DNA of 32,000 bases from Bacillus subtilis subsp. subtilis str. 168 (GCF_000009045.1 NC_000964.3:2190001-2222000); one strand, 5' to 3'. Numbered from the stretch's first letter, positions 8,848-18,577 are shown. The notes: a model not told the origin generated them from the letters alone. Numbers and translations: made by a program.

Positions 8848-9126
8848 TTATTTTGATTTAATCTCAACAATTAGACTGTCAGGATAGTTTTTCAAATCAA
8901 GTGCGTTTACATGACAGTGACCTACATATCCTTCTTTATCAACGTAATTATAATAAAACTTTTCCCCATTATTAATGATAACTTCGCCATTATGTGTATA
9001 CTCCATCTCTGTTCCTTTATACCAAGTTACTTGAACTTTTGTGCCAGGTTTGATTTTATTTAAATCAAATATTGTTATTTCTTTTAGCAGGTTCATTTTC
9101 TCCATTTTTATTCCCCCGATTCTCAT
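8848..9126 (-). CDS. Small protein (YoqG position)
   Basis: 92-aa ORF; internal MEKMNLLKEITIF probably the true start. Confidence 0.55.
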   Translation of the reverse strand: MRIGGIKMEKMNLLKEITIFDLNKIKPGTKVQVTWYKGTEMEYTHNGEVIINNGEKFYYNYVDKEGYVGHCHVNALDLKNYPDSLIVEIKSK

Positions 9127-9149
9127 TAAACTTCAATTAGACTCTGTTT

Positions 9150-9353
9150 TTAATCCCAATTAAAATGTTTGGGTCTAGCGACAAATTCGTAGTTCTCCTC
9201 CCAATCAAATTGTCTCAAACCATCTTCTTCAAATTCCCAGCATTCGCCGAGTAAAGGATCGTCTAATTCAGGAACTCTTTTTTTTAAAGTTCGAAGTTTG
9301 TTGAGATGACTAGCTGTTTTAAATTTAACTTTATCCATTGGTGCAAATTTCAT
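9150..9353 (-). CDS. Small protein (YoqF position)
   Basis: 67-aa ORF. Confidence 0.6.
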   Translation of the reverse strand: MKFAPMDKVKFKTASHLNKLRTLKKRVPELDDPLLGECWEFEEDGLRQFDWEENYEFVARPKHFNWD

Positions 9354-9361
9354 TTTTCCAT

Positions 9362-9577
9362 CTACTTTCTTTTAATTTTTCTTATTTCAAAACGCCATTT
9401 GTATGCATCTGTACCAATTCGATTGAATAGCTCTTTTCTTGCTTTTGTTTTTGAAGGCTCCTCAATTCCAAAGCAAAACTTTCGTGATCTAGTACTGTAA
9501 ACTCCGTATAAAACATTATTCTCCATCTTCCATCCTCCGATTCTCTTTAAAATTTTACTTTTATCTAAAGTTTTCAA
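9362..9577 (-). CDS. Small protein (YoqE position)
   Basis: 71-aa ORF. Confidence 0.55.
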   Translation of the reverse strand: MKTLDKSKILKRIGGWKMENNVLYGVYSTRSRKFCFGIEEPSKTKARKELFNRIGTDAYKWRFEIRKIKRK

Positions 9578-9579
9578 AT

Positions 9580-10353
9580 CTATGATGCTATTTCTCTTTT
9601 GTGCCCATGTTTCTTTAGAAGATCAACAATAAAATCGGCACCTTTAGGAGTAACAAGAGTAATTGTTTTAATTCCAACACTTGTCTCCTGGGTCTTCACT
9701 TGAAAGAATCCTCTTTCTACATATTTTTGATATGGGGCGTTTTTGTTTGTTCCATCAATAAGAACTTTATTTTCCCTCAAAAAGCGAAATAAATTGTTTT
9801 GGCCCATTCCTTTTATGCCAATTGCTTTTGCCACTTGTCCTATTTTCATTAATCCATCTGTATTAAGAAAGCGATCATATTTCTCCACTTTTGGTTCAGC
9901 CAATGTTAATTGCTCCTGCAATTCTCGTTTTGCTTTTCTTTCAGTGAAATAAGCAATGGCACGTTCATCTTCATTCATATCTAGATATGTATCAATTAGG
10001 GACGGTCTTGCTTTTAACGCCTTCTCCATTTCTTCAAATTTAGAAACATATTGAGCTGTGAATAATACCCCTTTAGCACCAGTCATTTTATTAGCAACCA
10101 TATCGCATCCTTTTCGGGTTAAATGGAAATGCTTCAATGAGCGACCAGTTGCATCTTTATATGTACTTTCTAAGAAAAATTCCACTGAACGCAATTTTGC
10201 GTTTAGTAAGATCGCTACATATCCATCAATACTTCTAAGTAAATCTGTATGTCTCTTACCTACCATCTCTGCCACTTCACGGCTGTCAACCAAAAGCTGT
10301 CCATTCTGTTCAATTACTGTTAGATAACTTTCCATTAAATACCTCCGTCTCAT
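9580..10353 (-). CDS. yoqD: Phage antirepressor (Rha-family N-terminus plus ANT/KilAC C-terminus), YoqD
   Basis: VDSREVAEMVGKRHTDLLRSI..., TGRSLKHFHLTRKGCDMVANKMTGAKGVLFTAQYVSKFEEME..., KIGQVAKAIGIKGMGQNNLFRFLRENKVL...TLVTPKGADFIVDLL. Confidence 0.9.
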   Translation of the reverse strand: MRRRYLMESYLTVIEQNGQLLVDSREVAEMVGKRHTDLLRSIDGYVAILLNAKLRSVEFFLESTYKDATGRSLKHFHLTRKGCDMVANKMTGAKGVLFTAQYVSKFEEMEKALKARPSLIDTYLDMNEDERAIAYFTERKAKRELQEQLTLAEPKVEKYDRFLNTDGLMKIGQVAKAIGIKGMGQNNLFRFLRENKVLIDGTNKNAPYQKYVERGFFQVKTQETSVGIKTITLVTPKGADFIVDLLKKHGHKREIAS

Positions 10354-10375
10354 TTAATTTAAAATGCATCTTTTA

Positions 10376-10783
10376 TCACTTCTTTGCAGCATAGCTCTCA
10401 AAGAATTCTTCAACTGATCTTAGATAACGGTATTTATTTGGATCTTCTGGGTTTCTGAATCTCTTCGATAACACCAATGACCAATTAAACATCAATGGGG
10501 AAAATCTTGCCCATTTGCTAAAGCTTAACTGTAGGCCTTTCCATTCCCTACCCGCTAGTTCTGCTAATTCTAGAATCTGATCTTCTTTTATGTTCACTTC
10601 GTCTTCAAACATCACTTGAATTTCTTCGTATGGTTTATGCCCAAAACAACAGTGGCGTGTTTTTAATCCAATTTTGAAATTTAAAATATCAATTAAATGA
10701 ATCATTTGTGTATCAAGTTCATCATATGGGATACCATTTCGGATGAATTTTTCTCTTTGGTTTGTTTTCACATTAACCTCCAA
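10376..10783 (-). CDS. yoqC: YoqC-like phage protein
   Basis: 135-aa ORF in SPbeta synteny. Confidence 0.65.
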
Positions 10784-10789
10784 TAACAG

Positions 10790-11128
10790 TTACACCTCCT
10801 GGCCACTCCACGCTTCAAATTTTTCTATTGCAGCCTTTTGTTTATTTTCATGATTAATTTGCTCCTTTATGGAGTTTTCATAGTTAATAACTTCATTGAT
10901 TGCCATCTGTATGTAATCGTAATCCCACTTTTCTTCGAAATAACTCGGAGCGAAGTCTCCTTCTCTTGTAAGACACTTGAATTTTTCTTTCCTGAAAAAA
11001 CCGCGCACCTTTTTATATAAAGATACTTTGACAAAACCTTTTGAGTGTCTATCGTTATAAATGCTAACGGCATACTCATTCCCTTCAACTGATGTCACGG
11101 GATATTTGTGCAAATGAAATTCCTTCAT
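10790..11128 (-). CDS. yoqB: YoqB-like phage protein
   Basis: 112-aa ORF, overlaps next start. Confidence 0.65.
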   Translation of the reverse strand: MKEFHLHKYPVTSVEGNEYAVSIYNDRHSKGFVKVSLYKKVRGFFRKEKFKCLTREGDFAPSYFEEKWDYDYIQMAINEVINYENSIKEQINHENKQKAAIEKFEAWSGQEV

Positions 11129-11475
11129 TCCACGTCCTCCTCATAAAGTCGTTTGTATCTTTGAACTGCTTTTCCTTTCGAATATAAAAATTCAGGTTTA
11201 TATAAGATTAAAACCGGTAGTTTGTCTATGGTCAGAACAGTGTTGTCGTCCTTATCTACGACTAATTCAGCCCGTTCAATTGTTTCCTCCAACGGTACGT
11301 TACAGTGTTCAAATGCTTTTTTAATCTCTGCATCGAAAACCCGTTTCTGTTCATCAAACGTCTTCCAAATATCATTTTGCCAGCCTTCAATAGGTGCAGA
11401 ATTAACCAGAAATGATTCTCCATCCGGCGTAATCATTCGGAACTTCAATTCGTTGTTATCTATTTCCTCCATCAC
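11125..11475 (-). CDS. yoqA: YoqA-like phage protein
   Basis: 116-aa ORF. Confidence 0.65.
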   Translation of the reverse strand: MMEEIDNNELKFRMITPDGESFLVNSAPIEGWQNDIWKTFDEQKRVFDAEIKKAFEHCNVPLEETIERAELVVDKDDNTVLTIDKLPVLILYKPEFLYSKGKAVQRYKRLYEEDVE

Positions 11476-11487
11476 TCAACGCCCTCC

Positions 11488-11691
11488 TTATCCCCAAAGG
11501 TATTTTATAGCACTAACAATTCCATAAACGATCCAGGATGAAGCGAAAAACAACAGTCTCCAATTTTGAGTGACGATCTGTTTGTTCTGACATTCGACCG
11601 TCTGCCCTAATTCCTCATTCCTGCGACGCAATTCCTTATTTTCTTTTTCGATAACGTCGATCTGTGCCTGTAATTGCATTTCACTTGTCAC
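11488..11691 (-). CDS. yopZ: YopZ-like coiled coil plus membrane anchor protein
   Basis: 67 aa: ENKELRRRNEELGQTVECQNKQIV plus TM LLFFASSWIVYGIVSAI. Confidence 0.65.
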   Translation of the reverse strand: MTSEMQLQAQIDVIEKENKELRRRNEELGQTVECQNKQIVTQNWRLLFFASSWIVYGIVSAIKYLWG

Positions 11692-11704
11692 TCCGCGCCC
11701 TCCT

Positions 11705-11983
11705 TTACTCTTTCCATTGGAACCCGATATTTAAATTCACCTGTTTCGGACTTAATATCTTAATTCGGCTCCAATCTTCAAACAAACTTTTCAAATCGTT
11801 CTTTGTTGATACAGTTTTAACATGGAACGTCTCTAAATCGATTAAATGTATCTTATTTCTATTTGTAACATCCATTTTCACAATCCAAACATCGTCATTT
11901 CTTAAAATGAAGTATCCATCTTGGATATCATTAATTGATAACCCTTTGCGCTTCTCTTGTTTTACTTTCAAATTGATTGTCAT
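11705..11983 (-). CDS. yopY: YopY-like phage protein
   Basis: 92-aa ORF, overlaps start of next gene. Confidence 0.65.
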   Translation of the reverse strand: MTINLKVKQEKRKGLSINDIQDGYFILRNDDVWIVKMDVTNRNKIHLIDLETFHVKTVSTKNDLKSLFEDWSRIKILSPKQVNLNIGFQWKE

Positions 11984-12384
11984 TTCACACCCTCCAATAA
12001 CTCAGGATTTTGATAAACGTCTCCGATTACTTCAATAGTTGCATATTCCACCCACCCGACGGCAGTCACGTCATAATCAGCGGAAATTTTTGATACATCT
12101 ACTTGGAAAACGCCATCTGAAAACTTAACTTCGCAAACATCTGATGATTCTTTATCATCACTCGTTATTTTTACTATAGACCTATCATAAATAAATTTGC
12201 CTCTTACCTTTGCTCCCCACATGAGAGCCGCGTTTCTATTCGTGCTGTCTACAACCGGAACCAAAACATCTGTGTATAAACGTTTCAAAGTCCAATCGCC
12301 GTTGCTTTTGATGATAAGGCTCAAACCTTCATCATCCCAATAATGCATCTGCTCGCCGTCCCAAACTCTGTATGCTGTGTTCAT
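11980..12384 (-). CDS. yopX: YopX-family protein
   Basis: YRVWDGEQMHYWDD ... VIGDVYQNPELLE, the characteristic YopX N- and C-terminal motifs. Confidence 0.88.
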   Translation of the reverse strand: MNTAYRVWDGEQMHYWDDEGLSLIIKSNGDWTLKRLYTDVLVPVVDSTNRNAALMWGAKVRGKFIYDRSIVKITSDDKESSDVCEVKFSDGVFQVDVSKISADYDVTAVGWVEYATIEVIGDVYQNPELLEGVK

Positions 12385-12716
12385 TCAACTGGATCCTCCT
12401 CATCCGTATTTATGATTGCTCCAATTAGCTTAGTTAAATGAATCACTTGATCTTTATTTACAGCTGTGATTGCACCATACGGATGCTCTATGAAACATAC
12501 TTCATTATTTTCATTGGTATATAAAGTACAATTACATGTAGTACACACATAATTTTCGTTAATCGTTTGGTCTGCTAAATTAATTAAAGACCCTTCATCA
12601 TGATCCAGCACTTCAATTTTCTTACCTTCTTCATAATCACTGATTTCAAGTTTTAACTCACCGAAAAACACTAATGGTTTAAGACAGAGCTTCAATTCAT
12701 CTAATGATAATTCCAA
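12381..12716 (-). CDS. yopW: YopW-like protein with CxxC
   Basis: 111-aa ORF; YVCTTCNCTLY. Confidence 0.65.
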   Translation of the reverse strand: MELSLDELKLCLKPLVFFGELKLEISDYEEGKKIEVLDHDEGSLINLADQTINENYVCTTCNCTLYTNENNEVCFIEHPYGAITAVNKDQVIHLTKLIGAIINTDEEDPVE

Positions 12717-12804
12717 GTGATATCCCCCTCCAATTCGAATCTCGATGAAACTTACATTTTATCCACTAATTTTAATTTTGTTACCTTAGTGAAAATTACA
12801 CAAT

Positions 12805-13014
12805 TCAATATGTACTTACTTCTTTGCCCTTACTTTCTTCTTCTCTTAACATATCTTCAGCTATATACATCCCCTCGTAAGCATAATCAATTATTGAATG
12901 AAATTCTCCGATGACTCTTCGTAAATTTTCCTCTTCTTTGTATGCTTTTAATCGCAGAATCGTTTTCATTAATTTATCGAGCTTTTCATCAAGCAACATA
13001 GCTCTCTTTACCAT
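12805..13014 (-). CDS. yopV: YopV-like small protein
   Basis: 69-aa ORF directly behind a consensus promoter and repeated operator. Confidence 0.65.
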   Translation of the reverse strand: MVKRAMLLDEKLDKLMKTILRLKAYKEEENLRRVIGEFHSIIDYAYEGMYIAEDMLREEESKGKEVSTY

Positions 13015-13022
13015 CTCCTATA

Positions 13023-13041
13023 TACATATTATTTGTATTTG
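13023..13041. promoter_or_regulatory. SPbeta repeated operator-like element, copy A
   Basis: TACATATTATTTGTATTTG, just downstream of the -10 of the yopV promoter. Confidence 0.8.
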
Positions 13042-13046
13042 AATAA

Positions 13047-13075
13047 ACTATAACCCATCATTTAATATCTGTCAA
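13047..13075 (-). promoter_or_regulatory. SigA-type promoter for the yopV-to-yoq early operon
   Basis: TTGACA-17 nt-TATAGT on minus strand. Confidence 0.8.
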
Positions 13076-13110
13076 TTAGATTCGGCCAATTTATGTGACC
13101 GAATCTAATT

Positions 13111-13308
13111 TTAATCTGAGAACATAAAGATCAATTCATTGATGTCATCCCTAAGCTTAACGAGGCTTTGTGGTGTAACTGAAATTGTAATATCTAATTT
13201 CTCTCCCTTGAAACAAAGTAGGAATTGATAATGTTCTGAAGTCAGCAATTTTTTTGTAAGTTTCAGACTAACCTCTTTGTAATTATCTTGATCAACAAAT
13301 ATATTCAA
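13111..13308 (-). CDS. yopU: YopU-like small protein
   Basis: 65-aa ORF. Confidence 0.6.
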   Translation of the reverse strand: MNIFVDQDNYKEVSLKLTKKLLTSEHYQFLLCFKGEKLDITISVTPQSLVKLRDDINELIFMFSD

Positions 13309-13377
13309 AACAATACCTTCATTCTCCTCTTGCTGCTGATTACATTATGTTTAATGGAGTCTTTCTTTTTTTTATTT

Positions 13378-13602
13378 TTACTCAGGCAATTCTTCTGTAT
13401 TTGTTATTTCATATTCCATATCACTTAATTTAAAATTTTCAACTGATCCGTCAGCTTTTAAAAACGAGACTTCTTTAGATAAAAGTAAATTTTCACAAAT
13501 CCTGGTTACTAATGTTTCAGAGACTTCTGGACTATCTGCTTTGTTTTTGAGTACAATCTCCAGATTCAGTGCAATATTGTTTAAATAACCTGCCATCCTC
13601 AT
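13378..13602 (-). CDS. yopT: YopT-like small protein
   Basis: 74-aa ORF. Confidence 0.6.
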   Translation of the reverse strand: MRMAGYLNNIALNLEIVLKNKADSPEVSETLVTRICENLLLSKEVSFLKADGSVENFKLSDMEYEITNTEELPE

Positions 13603-13778
13603 TCTCCTATGTTCAATTTTCTGTGATAAACCCTTAAGGTGTTAAGGGAACGTGCGTTCTGTTTTGTATAATCATTATACATAGAAAGTAGGTGTTATGC
13701 TAGTGGTTATTTATCGGCTTCGTATGGTATGATATGTATTATGTCTTTCCATAACAGAACGCAGGAGGATGTCCGATT

Positions 13779-14003
13779 ATGATTAAAGTTGAGATCGGGC
13801 AATGCTTGATACCTGAATTATGTAGAAAGAAAGACATTACAATCAATGAACTTTCAGAGATAACTGGGATTAAGAAACAGCAGCTGAGCGACTATAATCG
13901 ATTAGTTAAAGTAGATATGTCTATTCGAACTGCAAAAAGAATTGCTGCTGCTTTAGATTGTAATGTCGAAGACCTCTATGAATTCAAGGTTGAAAGGCAT
14001 TGA
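13779..14003 (+). CDS. yopS: Cro/CI-type HTH regulator (YopS)
   Basis: KDITINELSEITGIKKQQLSDYNRLVKVDMSIRTAKRIAAALDCNVEDLYEF. Confidence 0.85.
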   Translation: MIKVEIGQCLIPELCRKKDITINELSEITGIKKQQLSDYNRLVKVDMSIRTAKRIAAALDCNVEDLYEFKVERH

Positions 14004-14037
14004 AACGACTAAGACTTTGGTCTTGGTCTCCTCCTTA

Positions 14038-14055
14038 GTAAACCATATGGTTTAC
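14038..14055. repeat. 18-bp perfect palindrome GTAAACCATATGGTTTAC
   Basis: Read directly, between convergent yopS and mrpR. Confidence 0.95.
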
Positions 14056-14146
14056 ATGACCATCTTACTACATTTAAACATGTATTTAAAGTGATTATTT
14101 TGTCTATTTTTGTCGAAATGCGAATTTTTTCACAATTTTTTGAGAT

Positions 14147-14185
14147 AAAAGAAAAATCCATTTAACCAAAATAGTCAAATGGATT
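14147..14185 (-). terminator. Terminator of the yopM-mrpR operon
   Basis: Minus strand: AAATCCATTT-loop-AAATGGATTTTTCTTTT. Confidence 0.85.
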
Positions 14186-14191
14186 TCATAT

Positions 14192-15169
14192 TTAAATGGT
14201 CGTCTCTTTTAGACCTAGTTCTTCTGCGTAATATTTATTAACTTCTTCCTCATTAATATAATCTTGCATTGAATAAACTGCTCGATATTTGGATTTTACC
14301 CTTAAATTAAAGTCATCTATAATCTGATACCTTACAGAGTTATCAATAACCCCTTTTTCTTTATAAAGCTGATATGCTCTATACAAATGACCAGATCTAA
14401 CAATAGTATTTGGTGTTAAAAAGTTAATTTTAAAGAACTCAGATATATCAGTAATTAGATTAGTTATGACAAATTTACTTGCTTGGCCGTCTCCTTTGTT
14501 GGACGTTCTTTTTGTTTTAACTACATAATCATTTTCAACTAAAAAGACTTCTTTTGTTTGGCCTTTTGCCTTCCCATTCTTTAATTTATATTTAGTTTCC
14601 TGAGCTGCATTTAAGGCAATAACAAGACATTCACTACTAACTTTTAGTTTTCGTTCACCGTGCTTTGAATCATAGAGGGTTAAAACGTTACCGTTAAGCA
14701 TTGCATCCTCAACTTGCTTCTTCGTTAAACTTAGCAATTCAGAATGAGCTAAACCAGAAACTCCTTCAAAAAGTAGTCTTAACACAGCCTTAGATTGATA
14801 ATTAACTAATTGATTTTCCATTTCCTCTAATTCACTATAAGTAATATATAATTTTTTGTCCCCGAGACATTCATAAAGCTCTTCTTCAGAAATAGTTCTT
14901 GCTAAATTGGTTAATCCTTTACTTAACTTATATGAAATTGCCCAATCAATATACAATGACAATAATGCTAAGGTTCTTCGAACACTACCGATAGTGGTTT
15001 GATCGAATGATCGTATAAGTTCTAAAATTTGCATTGATGTGAAATCATAAATGTCTTTATTATATAAAGTCTCAGTAATCTCTGCTTTTGCAAAAATAGG
15101 CCTCATCTGCATAACCATACCCTCAGATAAGGTATCTAAATATTTTTCCTTAATCTCACTATTGAACAT
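14192..15169 (-). CDS. mrpR: MrpR (YopR), SPbeta master lysogeny repressor with tyrosine-recombinase-like fold
   Basis: 325 aa from MFNSEIKEKY; EGVSGLAHSELLSLTKKQV and VRSGHLYRAYQLY resemble recombinase motifs without the first catalytic Arg. Confidence 0.85.
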   Translation of the reverse strand: MFNSEIKEKYLDTLSEGMVMQMRPIFAKAEITETLYNKDIYDFTSMQILELIRSFDQTTIGSVRRTLALLSLYIDWAISYKLSKGLTNLARTISEEELYECLGDKKLYITYSELEEMENQLVNYQSKAVLRLLFEGVSGLAHSELLSLTKKQVEDAMLNGNVLTLYDSKHGERKLKVSSECLVIALNAAQETKYKLKNGKAKGQTKEVFLVENDYVVKTKRTSNKGDGQASKFVITNLITDISEFFKINFLTPNTIVRSGHLYRAYQLYKEKGVIDNSVRYQIIDDFNLRVKSKYRAVYSMQDYINEEEVNKYYAEELGLKETTI

Positions 15170-15192
15170 TGCAACAAACAACTCCTAAGTAA

Positions 15193-16587
15193 TTACTCGT
15201 CTATTTTTAAATTATTGAAGAAATTCCATATCTTTTGTGGTGATTTAGCATTTCCATTCTTGTCTACTACACCTAATTCATCCCACAACTTATTTTTCTT
15301 ACTAAAATCTATAGAGCCTAAAACATCAGTAATCTTACTTTCCAACTCGTCTAGGCTTACCCCATCTAATTGCAATTTCTTAGCTAATCCCACATAACCA
15401 TTAAAGAACAAATAGTTGTTTACAAAACTTCTCTTCCGTTCTTTTGCTATATCACCTAAGAACTCATCTACATATTGTGTAGCTAAAGCATCAAAGAAAG
15501 ATGTAAGGTATCTTGCAGTTTTTAAGATGTCTGCTTGAGTAGAAAAATCTTTTTTAGAATAGCTTCTTTCAATTGCCTTTTTGAAGTCAGAAAAAGTTAT
15601 AAGTAAGTTTTGATTCTGATTTATCCAGTCTCCATTTGTCTTTATATAATCACCAATTATGCTATTGTCCTGAATAAACTTAACAATTTTATTTGAATAA
15701 ACATTTTGACTCATCTCAGCCACTTTAGATTTTTTAACTGGGTTTATTGTGTTTTGTTGCCCAAAATGCTCTCTCGCCCTTTTTTGAGTGTAGTTATAGA
15801 TGTCCACTTTAAAGGTTTCTTCAAACAAATGATCTAACTCAGGATGTTGTCTTATAGCCATAGTAATGCCTATTAGCCGGTGATACCCGTCTAAAACGTC
15901 TAAAATGGTGTCTTCAGTCACTGTAAGAGACATAGTGTCGTCATCATATTTTAATTCTTCGCCACAACTTGCGCTTCCAACACGTGCATTAAACGTAAAA
16001 ACTGATTTAATTAATTTCCCATCTAAGAACAGTTCCTTTATTTCTTCAACCGATTGTTTATTGAGCTGCGGTACAGGTATCTCAATATCTGAGCCCTCTA
16101 GTTTTTTCGTTTTGTTCGTTCTTTGAGCATTAGGATTATAGTGCAATAACTTATTTTCAAATAGCATAAACAACTCTTTAGCAGTGATGGGGAAGAAATA
16201 ATTATCATCCGAATACTTTACAACTTGTTTGAATGTATACGGAAATTTTATATCTTCCTCCACAGATCCTTCCCATAACGTTTCAATTTCTCTCATATCC
16301 GTTTCTGTGAAGTAATTTCGTGGATTAAACCTTTCACTTTCAAGAACTGAGTATAGGGACTTGGCTAAAAAGTACATATATTCTTTAGAAATTTCGACTT
16401 CTGGATTTTCTATATCATAAATTAATTTTTGTGTTGTCCCTGGAGTAATTTTATTTTTAGCCATCTCTAATTGAATATCGTTAATAAAAGATCTTATGTG
16501 TTTATTTTTCGAGATAGCATCTTTCATTTCTGAAAGCAGTTTCTCATTTGCAGACTGATCAAAGATCACTGTCATATAGCCTTTCAC
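15193..16587 (-). CDS. yopQ: YopQ, DGQHR/ParB-like domain protein
   Basis: LDVLDGYHRLIGITMA...REHFGQQNTINPVKKSKVAEM; likely start MTVIFDQSANEK. Confidence 0.8.
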   Translation of the reverse strand: MKGYMTVIFDQSANEKLLSEMKDAISKNKHIRSFINDIQLEMAKNKITPGTTQKLIYDIENPEVEISKEYMYFLAKSLYSVLESERFNPRNYFTETDMREIETLWEGSVEEDIKFPYTFKQVVKYSDDNYFFPITAKELFMLFENKLLHYNPNAQRTNKTKKLEGSDIEIPVPQLNKQSVEEIKELFLDGKLIKSVFTFNARVGSASCGEELKYDDDTMSLTVTEDTILDVLDGYHRLIGITMAIRQHPELDHLFEETFKVDIYNYTQKRAREHFGQQNTINPVKKSKVAEMSQNVYSNKIVKFIQDNSIIGDYIKTNGDWINQNQNLLITFSDFKKAIERSYSKKDFSTQADILKTARYLTSFFDALATQYVDEFLGDIAKERKRSFVNNYLFFNGYVGLAKKLQLDGVSLDELESKITDVLGSIDFSKKNKLWDELGVVDKNGNAKSPQKIWNFFNNLKIDE

Positions 16588-16681
16588 CTCATGTCATGTT
16601 GCTAAATTTAAAGTTACCAAAGGCAATCTGGTTAATCAAGAAGAATTATCATTTGAACTGAGTAATATACCGAAAAAATGA

Positions 16682-17779
16682 TTATCGCTCATTTACATGC
16701 TTTATAAACTTTTTTAATGTAACAAGATCAGCGTTTTCAAAAAAACTAATAAAATCCTCTTGGGTTGCTTCATATAGTGGATTTAAATCGATTTTTTCAT
16801 CCATTGTTACACCAGCAGAGTTCGCTATGTTAATCTTTCTGCTCATATATCTCTCTGTTGTTAATGTGTTTTTATGATTTCCTTGTTCTTTTGCTGCAAG
16901 TAAATCGTGACCAGAATTCTCATAGACATAGTCAATTCCTACACCCTTAAATGAGTGTAAGACTAATTCTCTTTCAGGAGGTATTCCTAACCTTTTTTTC
17001 GACCTTTTTAAGGAGTGTCGTAAAGATTGTTCCGAAAGCCCCTGAAAAACCAATTCAGTTTCGCTGTCATCCTCTTCCTTCAGCTGCAACAATTCCTCAT
17101 AAAATACCTGGTTAATGCCTGTAGACACAACCTGAGATCCTTTATCAATAACTGTTACTATATAATGGCCTGTACTTTCATCAAGCTGTATGTCTTTCCA
17201 TCTTACTCGCAAAATCGCACTTACACGAAAAGAAGTTCTGATGGCGAATTTAACAAACAGCTTTTTCATTAAAGGTTTCTGTCTTTCATTTATATACATA
17301 TCCTGAGCGATTCTTTCGGCTTCTGTCTGGGTTGTTTTATCCCAGTTTTTAGTTACTGTTTTAAGCCTTTCGACAGTATTAAACACCGACAAGTCAATAT
17401 AGTCCTTATAATCATGCTCCAAATATGTATAGAGCATCTTCAAGGAGGTCATTTTTCTGTTAATACTATTATTAACTAATCCCTTTTCCTGAAGATACTT
17501 CACATAGTTGCTTAATTCGCTTTTACTTACAACTAAATCATCGGGAACTAAACTTTTGACATCTTTACCTTTAATCACACTAAAGAACTGCTTAATATCC
17601 CCTTCATAATTCTTTCTGGTGTTCGACACCCTTCTAGTTGATGAAGGCATCATATAGTTAGAATTCCCTGAGCTACTTCTTATATCTTTATTGATTAAAA
17701 AGCCCTCGATATCATCGTAAACCGCATAATTTTTTAATTGTTTAATTTTATTTTGCATTATCTTCTCCTCCTTTCTCAT
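16682..17779 (-). CDS. yopP: YopP, tyrosine recombinase/integrase-like
   Basis: TSFRVSAILRVRWKDI, HSFKGVGIDYV, GNHKNTLTTERYM; likely start MQNKIKQLKNY. Confidence 0.88.
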   Translation of the reverse strand: MRKEEKIMQNKIKQLKNYAVYDDIEGFLINKDIRSSSGNSNYMMPSSTRRVSNTRKNYEGDIKQFFSVIKGKDVKSLVPDDLVVSKSELSNYVKYLQEKGLVNNSINRKMTSLKMLYTYLEHDYKDYIDLSVFNTVERLKTVTKNWDKTTQTEAERIAQDMYINERQKPLMKKLFVKFAIRTSFRVSAILRVRWKDIQLDESTGHYIVTVIDKGSQVVSTGINQVFYEELLQLKEEDDSETELVFQGLSEQSLRHSLKRSKKRLGIPPERELVLHSFKGVGIDYVYENSGHDLLAAKEQGNHKNTLTTERYMSRKINIANSAGVTMDEKIDLNPLYEATQEDFISFFENADLVTLKKFIKHVNER

Positions 17780-17960
17780 CTAATAACTCATCAATAGAGA
17801 CATTCAACACCAGAGCGATAAGCTTTATGGTTGTAACATCTGATTCATCTGGCATTTCAATGATTTTGTTTAATGTCTGCATATCAATCATTGTCTCCCT
17901 CGACAATTCCTCTATTGTGATGCCACGTTTGACCATTAGCTGTTTTATTCGCTCTGACAT
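17748..17960 (-). CDS. yopO: YopO, Xre-family HTH regulator
   Basis: MSERIKQLMVKRGITIEELSRETMIDMQTLNKIIEMPDESDVTTIKLIALVLNVSIDELL. Confidence 0.88.
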   Translation of the reverse strand: MSERIKQLMVKRGITIEELSRETMIDMQTLNKIIEMPDESDVTTIKLIALVLNVSIDELLDEKGGEDNAK

Positions 17961-18007
17961 GTCAACCTCCTATTTTTATGTATACTATAGACTGCAGTGC
18001 GTATATG

Positions 18008-18328
18008 TTATGGTTGATAAATAAACTCTTCAAATTCAATTGCAATGTGTCGTTTTAAATTCTTCACAAAATGTATTAGGGATCTAAAATGCGGATTATT
18101 TTCAATGCTTCTTTTTAATCCATCTCCACCTAATAATACTCTATTTAGATCTTTTAATAATGCTGCTATCTCTATTTTTGCACCATGTAGATCATCTTCA
18201 GTTTTTGCATTAACAATCATTTTCCTAATGTTTAGTACACTCTCTATGTAAGTTTGTTTAGCATTTAATACAAAATCGGCATCAATATCTTTATGATTTG
18301 TAGACCTAAGTTCTACAACATGCATCAT
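18008..18328 (-). CDS. yopN: YopN-like protein
   Basis: 106-aa ORF, start overlaps yopM stop. Confidence 0.75.
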
Positions 18329-18528
18329 TAATCCTCCTTGTATTCGCTTAGCAATTTCATGTATCCTTTAGTTAGTTGTTTTCGAACATTTTCATTCTTC
18401 ATTATTTTTGACTTTTCAATGCTTTTTTCATGAAAAAACAAATCATTTTTAACTAAGCTTTCAACTTTCTTTTGGTAAATGGTTTTATGCATTGTCATAC
18501 TGTTTTTTAAGTAACTAATTGCGGACAT
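18328..18528 (-). CDS. yopM: YopM-like protein
   Basis: 66 aa; SD AGGAGG. Confidence 0.75.
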
Positions 18529-18545
18529 ACCACCAACCTCCTATA

Positions 18546-18564
18546 TACATATTTTTTATCTTTT
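18546..18564. promoter_or_regulatory. Repeated operator-like element, copy B
   Basis: TACATATTTTTTATCTTTT, between a putative -10 and the yopM SD. Confidence 0.65.
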
Positions 18565-18577
18565 GCATCTATAGCAA

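Noticed and set aside
12717-12914. Plus-strand 65-aa ORF in the yopW-yopV gap
   Set aside because: Partly antisense to yopV, Tyr/Leu-rich low complexity, no SD.
16682-17779. Calling yopP the phage integrase with an att site nearby
   Set aside because: SPbeta is known to integrate with a serine recombinase elsewhere in its genome. No flanking direct repeat or tRNA was seen, and the HxxR box is altered.
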